This document shows, one piece after another, positions 26,333 to 30,450 of a stretch of 30,450 nt of DNA. Source of the stretch: Coriobacteriia bacterium. GTDB taxonomy: Bacteria; Actinomycetota; Coriobacteriia; Coriobacteriales; UBA8131. The notes beneath the pieces are model-generated. The model made no database searches. It was not told the DNA's origin and was given only the letters and a program-made list of their open reading frames with translations. The DNA is taken from positions 1 to 30,450 of the forward strand of contig WQXX01000001.1 in the NCBI GenBank assembly GCA_009781535.1, written 5' to 3'. How positions within the stretch are numbered: position 1 is the stretch's first letter; every line of letters starts with the position of its first letter. Made by a program: the position numbers and the translations under genes.

Positions 26333-27375
26333 TGACCGCAGCTCCCGCAGCTCCCTCAGCTCCCGCAGCTCCTGCAGCTCCTGCAGCTCCTGCAGCTCCA
26401 ACAGCTCCTATCGCGTCTGGCGCAGCTCCCACAGCTCCCGCAGCTCCCGCAGCTCCCGCAAGTCCAATCGCGTCTGGCGCATCCGTTATTGACGATACGA
26501 GCGCTCTAAACACTGCTCGCGCAGCGCAGCGCCTACTCACCATCCATATCATCTCCGACAGCATTGGAGATACGGCGGCAACCATCGCGGCGGCAGCGGC
26601 TACCCAATTCGCAAACCTGGAATGCATCATCAGGCGTCTGCCGAACGTTGAGTCCATCACCGAGATCAAGGGCTACATCAAAAGGCTCATCGAAGAAGAC
26701 GACGGGCGCGAGATCGTGATCTTTTACACACTTGCCAACCAGGATACCGTCGCTGCGTTCAAGGAGTTCATCAGCGACAAGGACGTCTATGCCGTCGACC
26801 TGATCAGCCCGGCGATCAATACCATCGCAGCGGCTACGAATGAGGAGCCGCTCGGTGCGCCGGGACTCATCCGCAAGACCGATAAGGAATATTTTGCGCG
26901 CGTGGGGGCGATGGAGTTCGCGGTCGACCACGATGACGGGCGCAATCCCGAGCAGCTGAAATCTGCCGACATCGTGCTCATCGGCTCCTCGCGCACCTCC
27001 AAGACCCCGCTTTCGATCTATCTTGCCATGCATGGCTACCGTGTTGCCAACGTCCCTCTTATACCAGAGGTTACAGCTCCCAAGGAGCTTTTCGATCTCG
27101 ATCCAGCGCGCGTCTTTGGCCTCATGAGCCAAGCGCAGCTGCTTTCTGAGATACGGTACCAACGGCTTGGCAATGCAGCCAGCGTCGCGGGTTCATACGC
27201 AGAGCCTGCAAACGTGCAGCGCGATCTCGACGAGGCTCGTGCTCTTATGCGTCGTATAGGCTGCATCGTGGTACGGACCGACAACCGTGCTATCGAGGAG
27301 ACCGCTCAGGAGATTCTTCGCTACTATGAAGCCGCATTTCCGTCGCACAAACCGCCCATAAAGCAGTATTATTAA
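26332..27375 (+). CDS. Pyruvate,phosphate dikinase regulatory protein (PDRP/PSRP, DUF299 kinase-pyrophosphorylase) with an Ala/Pro N-terminal extension
   Basis: IHIISDSIGDTA, YF.RV.AMEFAVDHDDG, ADIVLIGSSRTSKTPLS.YLA, VANVPL, AIEETA; directly upstream of ppdK; TGATG overlap with the glyQS stop. Confidence 0.93.
   Translation: MTAAPAAPSAPAAPAAPAAPAAPTAPIASGAAPTAPAAPAAPASPIASGASVIDDTSALNTARAAQRLLTIHIISDSIGDTAATIAAAAATQFANLECIIRRLPNVESITEIKGYIKRLIEEDDGREIVIFYTLANQDTVAAFKEFISDKDVYAVDLISPAINTIAAATNEEPLGAPGLIRKTDKEYFARVGAMEFAVDHDDGRNPEQLKSADIVLIGSSRTSKTPLSIYLAMHGYRVANVPLIPEVTAPKELFDLDPARVFGLMSQAQLLSEIRYQRLGNAASVAGSYAEPANVQRDLDEARALMRRIGCIVVRTDNRAIEETAQEILRYYEAAFPSHKPPIKQYY
26338..26478 (+). repeat. 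Nested 9-nt microsatellite-like repeat (AAP)n
   Basis: 8 units of gcagctccc-like sequence, atcgcgtctggc, 5 more units, atcgcgtctggc again. Confidence 0.92.
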
Positions 27376-27485
27376 CGCGAAAGACGCAGGCGCGGTTTCG
27401 TGCCTCGTAGTTCCTTGCGCCCGCTTGACATGCCACTCAAACACAGCCTGGGCGATTACAGAATACTAACTGGAAGGAGAGCAAG

Positions 27486-30224
27486 TTGCAAAACACGACG
27501 CAGCGCGTTTTTGCTTTTGGCAAGGACGCACAGGGTAACAATGTTACTGAGGGCAACAGGGAGATGAAGGCAATACTTGGCGGAAAAGGCGCCAACCTTG
27601 CAGAAATGGCTGCCATCGGGCTGCCTGTCCCTCCCGGTTTTACGATCTCATGCCAAACCTGTGTCGCGTACTCGACAGGTGGCAACGAGTTTCCTGAAGG
27701 TGCGCTGGATGAGATCCAGAAATACCGTCTCGACCTCGAGGAGCGCATGGGCAAACGCATCGGGGATGCTGATGATCCGCTGTTGGTAAGCGTGCGTTCC
27801 GGCGCCCCATTCTCCATGCCAGGCATGATGGACACCGTGCTTAACCTCGGACTGAATGATCGATCCATCAACGGATTGATCGAACAGACAGGAAACCCAC
27901 GGTTTGCCTGGGACAGCTATCGCCGTTTTGTCCAGATGTTCAGCAAGGTCGTCATGGATGTGGAAGGCGACCTCTTCGAAAACGCCATTACGGCGAAAAA
28001 ACTTGCCCAGGGCGTTAAAGGCGATAACGAATTGTCTGCCGAAGACCTTGAAGCCTTGGTCAACGAGTTCAAGCAGATCTTTACCAACCATGTTGATGTT
28101 GCCAGATTCCCTGAGCTTATAGTCGATGGCAAAGCGCAGTTCCCGCAGGATCCAGATGTGCAGCTGATACTTGCAATCCGTGCAGTCTTTGGCTCATGGA
28201 TGAATGACCGTGCTCAGCTGTACCGCAAGCAGAACAAGATATCCGATGACCTCGGCACAGCGGTCAATGTCCAGGTGATGGTCTTTGGTAACAAGGGCGA
28301 GACCTCGGCAACCGGCGTAGCCTTTACGCGCAACCCCGCCTCCGGCGAAAACGAGTTCTACGGCGACTATCTCATCAACGCACAGGGAGAAGACGTCGTT
28401 GCCGGTATCCGCAACACCTCGCCCATCAGCGAGCTGAAGGACGTCGAGAGCTTCCAGGAAGCCGGGCTTGAGCTTGAGGAGGTCTTCAGGACACTCGAGA
28501 AGCATTACCGCGACATGTGCGACATAGAGTTTACCATCGAGCAGGGCAAGCTCTGGATGCTCCAGACCCGCGTGGGCAAACGCACCGCGTTTGCCGCCTT
28601 GCATATCGCCATCCAGATGGTCGAGGAAGGCCTCATCTCCAAGGAGGAGGCCGTTTTACGCATCGACCCCGCACAGCTTGACCAACTGCTCCATCCGCAG
28701 TTCGACCGCAGCGCTGCCTACGACGTCATCGCCCGGGGGCTTAATGCCTCGCCGGGAGCCGCCGTTGGCGAGGCGGTCTTCAGCGCTGCTGATGCGGTTG
28801 CTGTAGCCGAGCAGGGGCGTGCCTGCGTGCTCGTGCGCTGGGAGACCAACCCGGATGACTTAGCTGGTATGGTTGCTGCAAAGGGCATTCTGACAAGCCA
28901 TGGTGGCAAGACCTCGCACGCTGCCGTCATCGCACGCGGCATGGGTACGCCGTGCGTCTGCGGCGCTGAGGCGCTTCGGATCGATGCGGAGGCAAAGCAG
29001 GCAGTCATCTATGGTACGGATATCGTCATCCGCGAGGGCGACGTCATCTCGATTGATGGCACGCTGGGTATCGTGGTGCTCGGCGCTGTCGAGCTGGTCA
29101 TGCCGGAGATATCTGGCGATTTGGACACCATACTGGAATGGGCTGATGAGTTCCGTACGATGGGGGTGCGCGCCAATGCCGATAACCCTGAAGACGCCCA
29201 GCTCTCGCGTGATTTTGGCGCCGCAGGCATCGGCCTGTGCCGTACCGAACATATGTTCCTTGGCGATCGCAAGTCCATCGTGCAAAGTTTCATACTGTCT
29301 GATGACGAGACGATTCGCAACAAGGCGCTCGACGATTTGCTTCATGTGCAGACCGAGGACTTCTACGGCATGTTCAAGGCGATGGACGGCTTGCCGGTGG
29401 TCGTGCGTCTGCTCGACCCGCCGCTGCATGAGTTCCTCGAAAACCCGCGTTCGCTTGAAGTCGAGATAACCCGCCTTGAGCTTACCGGCGGCGACGTCGA
29501 GCTGATAGCGGCAAAACGCGCCCTGCTTGCGCGCATCGACGCCATGGTCGAGATGAACCCGATGCTGGGCCTGCGCGGCTGCCGTCTTGCCATACTCAAT
29601 CCCGAGCTCGGCGCCATGCAGGTGCGTGCGATTGCCACCGCTGCCGCCCGTTTGATCAAAGAAGGCCTAAACCCAGAGCCGGAGATCATGATCCCGCTTG
29701 TGAGCGTTGTGCCTGAGCTTTCTGTCCTGCGTAGCGAAACCGAGGCTGTTTTACGTGAGGTCGAGGCCTTATTTGAGGTTGCACTCGATATCCCCATCGG
29801 CACAATGATCGAGCTACCGCGCGCCGCAGTGATGGCGGATAAAATCGCCGAGTATGCAAACTTCTTCTCGTTTGGTACCAACGACCTTACCCAGACGACC
29901 TTCGGCTTCTCGCGCGATGATGTGGAGTCCAAGTTCTTCCCGGTTTATCTCGGCCGCAAGATCATCCCCTTCAACCCCTTCGAGACCGTTGATGAGGGCG
30001 TGCTCGCACTGGTTGAGATGGCCTGCATCCGCGGACGTTCAACACGGCCTAACATTACCTTAGGGGTTTGTGGAGAGCACGGCGGCGATCCTGACAGCGT
30101 CAAGCAGTTCTACAAGGTCGGTCTTGACTACGTCTCCTGCTCGCCCTACCGTGTGCCGCTTGCCCGCCTCGCCGCCGCCCAGGCGTCGCTGGCTGGTAAG
30201 TACGCTGCCTCAGACAACCGCTAG
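27486..30224 (+). CDS. ppdK: Pyruvate, phosphate dikinase
   Basis: LGGKGANLAEM, PLLVSVRSGA..SMPGMMDTVLNLG, GEDVVAGIR, phospho-His loop GGKTSHAAVIARG, GLCRTEHMF, NPMLGLRGCRL, FSFGTNDLTQ, GVCGEHGGD; TTG start after AAGGAG. Confidence 0.98.
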   Translation: MQNTTQRVFAFGKDAQGNNVTEGNREMKAILGGKGANLAEMAAIGLPVPPGFTISCQTCVAYSTGGNEFPEGALDEIQKYRLDLEERMGKRIGDADDPLLVSVRSGAPFSMPGMMDTVLNLGLNDRSINGLIEQTGNPRFAWDSYRRFVQMFSKVVMDVEGDLFENAITAKKLAQGVKGDNELSAEDLEALVNEFKQIFTNHVDVARFPELIVDGKAQFPQDPDVQLILAIRAVFGSWMNDRAQLYRKQNKISDDLGTAVNVQVMVFGNKGETSATGVAFTRNPASGENEFYGDYLINAQGEDVVAGIRNTSPISELKDVESFQEAGLELEEVFRTLEKHYRDMCDIEFTIEQGKLWMLQTRVGKRTAFAALHIAIQMVEEGLISKEEAVLRIDPAQLDQLLHPQFDRSAAYDVIARGLNASPGAAVGEAVFSAADAVAVAEQGRACVLVRWETNPDDLAGMVAAKGILTSHGGKTSHAAVIARGMGTPCVCGAEALRIDAEAKQAVIYGTDIVIREGDVISIDGTLGIVVLGAVELVMPEISGDLDTILEWADEFRTMGVRANADNPEDAQLSRDFGAAGIGLCRTEHMFLGDRKSIVQSFILSDDETIRNKALDDLLHVQTEDFYGMFKAMDGLPVVVRLLDPPLHEFLENPRSLEVEITRLELTGGDVELIAAKRALLARIDAMVEMNPMLGLRGCRLAILNPELGAMQVRAIATAAARLIKEGLNPEPEIMIPLVSVVPELSVLRSETEAVLREVEALFEVALDIPIGTMIELPRAAVMADKIAEYANFFSFGTNDLTQTTFGFSRDDVESKFFPVYLGRKIIPFNPFETVDEGVLALVEMACIRGRSTRPNITLGVCGEHGGDPDSVKQFYKVGLDYVSCSPYRVPLARLAAAQASLAGKYAASDNR

Positions 30225-30326
30225 GAGGCATCTGATAAAGCCTAGGACTCTGCGAATCTCGCTCACGTATCCTTATACGCTTTGCACGATTCTCGGGCTT
30301 TTTACAATCAATCAGGTGCCTCCCAG
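30221..30326. repeat. Long imperfect nested inverted repeat between ppdK and the next gene
   Basis: ctaggaggcatctgat (30221-30236) vs atcaggtgcctcccag (30311-30326), 14/16 complementary; inner arms aaagcc/ggcttt, gaatc/gattc, cgtat-cctt-atacg. Confidence 0.6.
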
Positions 30327-30350
30327 TTAAGACAAGATAAGGTGTGCGGA

Positions 30351-30450
30351 ATGAGTGTTATGGCGATGACCCCGGAACAGTCCTTCTTTGCAGTATTCTG
30401 CATCGAGGCACTTTCTGACGAGCTGAACATACCAGGCGATGCGATCTATA
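30351..30450 (+). CDS. DUF3791-like small protein, N-terminus only (runs off the window)
   Basis: ATG 30351 after AAGGTG: MSVMAMTPEQSFFAVFCIEALSDELNIPGDAIY. The F..FCIE.L...L...G..Y pattern matches my recollection of DUF3791; not verified by search. Confidence 0.65.
   Translation, partial: MSVMAMTPEQSFFAVFCIEALSDELNIPGDAIY

Noticed and set aside
27425-27460. ppdK promoter from a perfect TTGACA at 27425
   Set aside because: No -10 hexamer at 16-18 nt spacing; cannot be supported.
28860-29932. Several 189-aa overlapping ORFs within ppdK
   Set aside because: Off-frame or antisense shadows of a well-conserved gene; equal lengths are coincidental.
1-30450. Mobile elements, prophage, rRNA/tRNA genes, defence systems
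   Set aside because: No transposase, integrase, phage, nuclease or structural RNA signature recognised; nearly all coding space is accounted for by housekeeping genes.

Overview
GC-rich core-genome segment, most consistent with a Coriobacteriia-like actinomycete (inferred from protein features and gene order, not from a search). Order: partial B12-binding radical SAM gene (minus strand, runs off the left edge, missing from the ORF track) | clpC-disA | rimP-nusA-ylxR-infB-rbfA-nrnA(DHH/DHHA1)-truB-ribF | hppA (minus; K+-independent H+-PPase signature) | dnaG-rpoD | rpsP-khpA-rimM-trmD-lepB | fused glyQS - PPDK regulatory protein - ppdK | start of a DUF3791-like gene. I found no tRNA, rRNA, CRISPR array, transposase or phage gene, and no clear new multi-gene system. 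The unusual signal is at finer scale. (1) Tandem-repeat or low-complexity expansions recur at protein ends and gene junctions; units are multiples of 3 inside CDSs and mostly not outside. One sits in the linker that fuses GlyQ and GlyS. (2) NusA carries a C-terminal CCCH zinc-finger-like module. (3) Signal peptidase I has an N-terminal 20-aa-periodic LPDLY repeat. (4) A three-helix leader RNA with a candidate 30-codon uORF precedes rimP. (5) rplS and ffh are absent from the rpsP-trmD cluster, and radA is absent next to disA.
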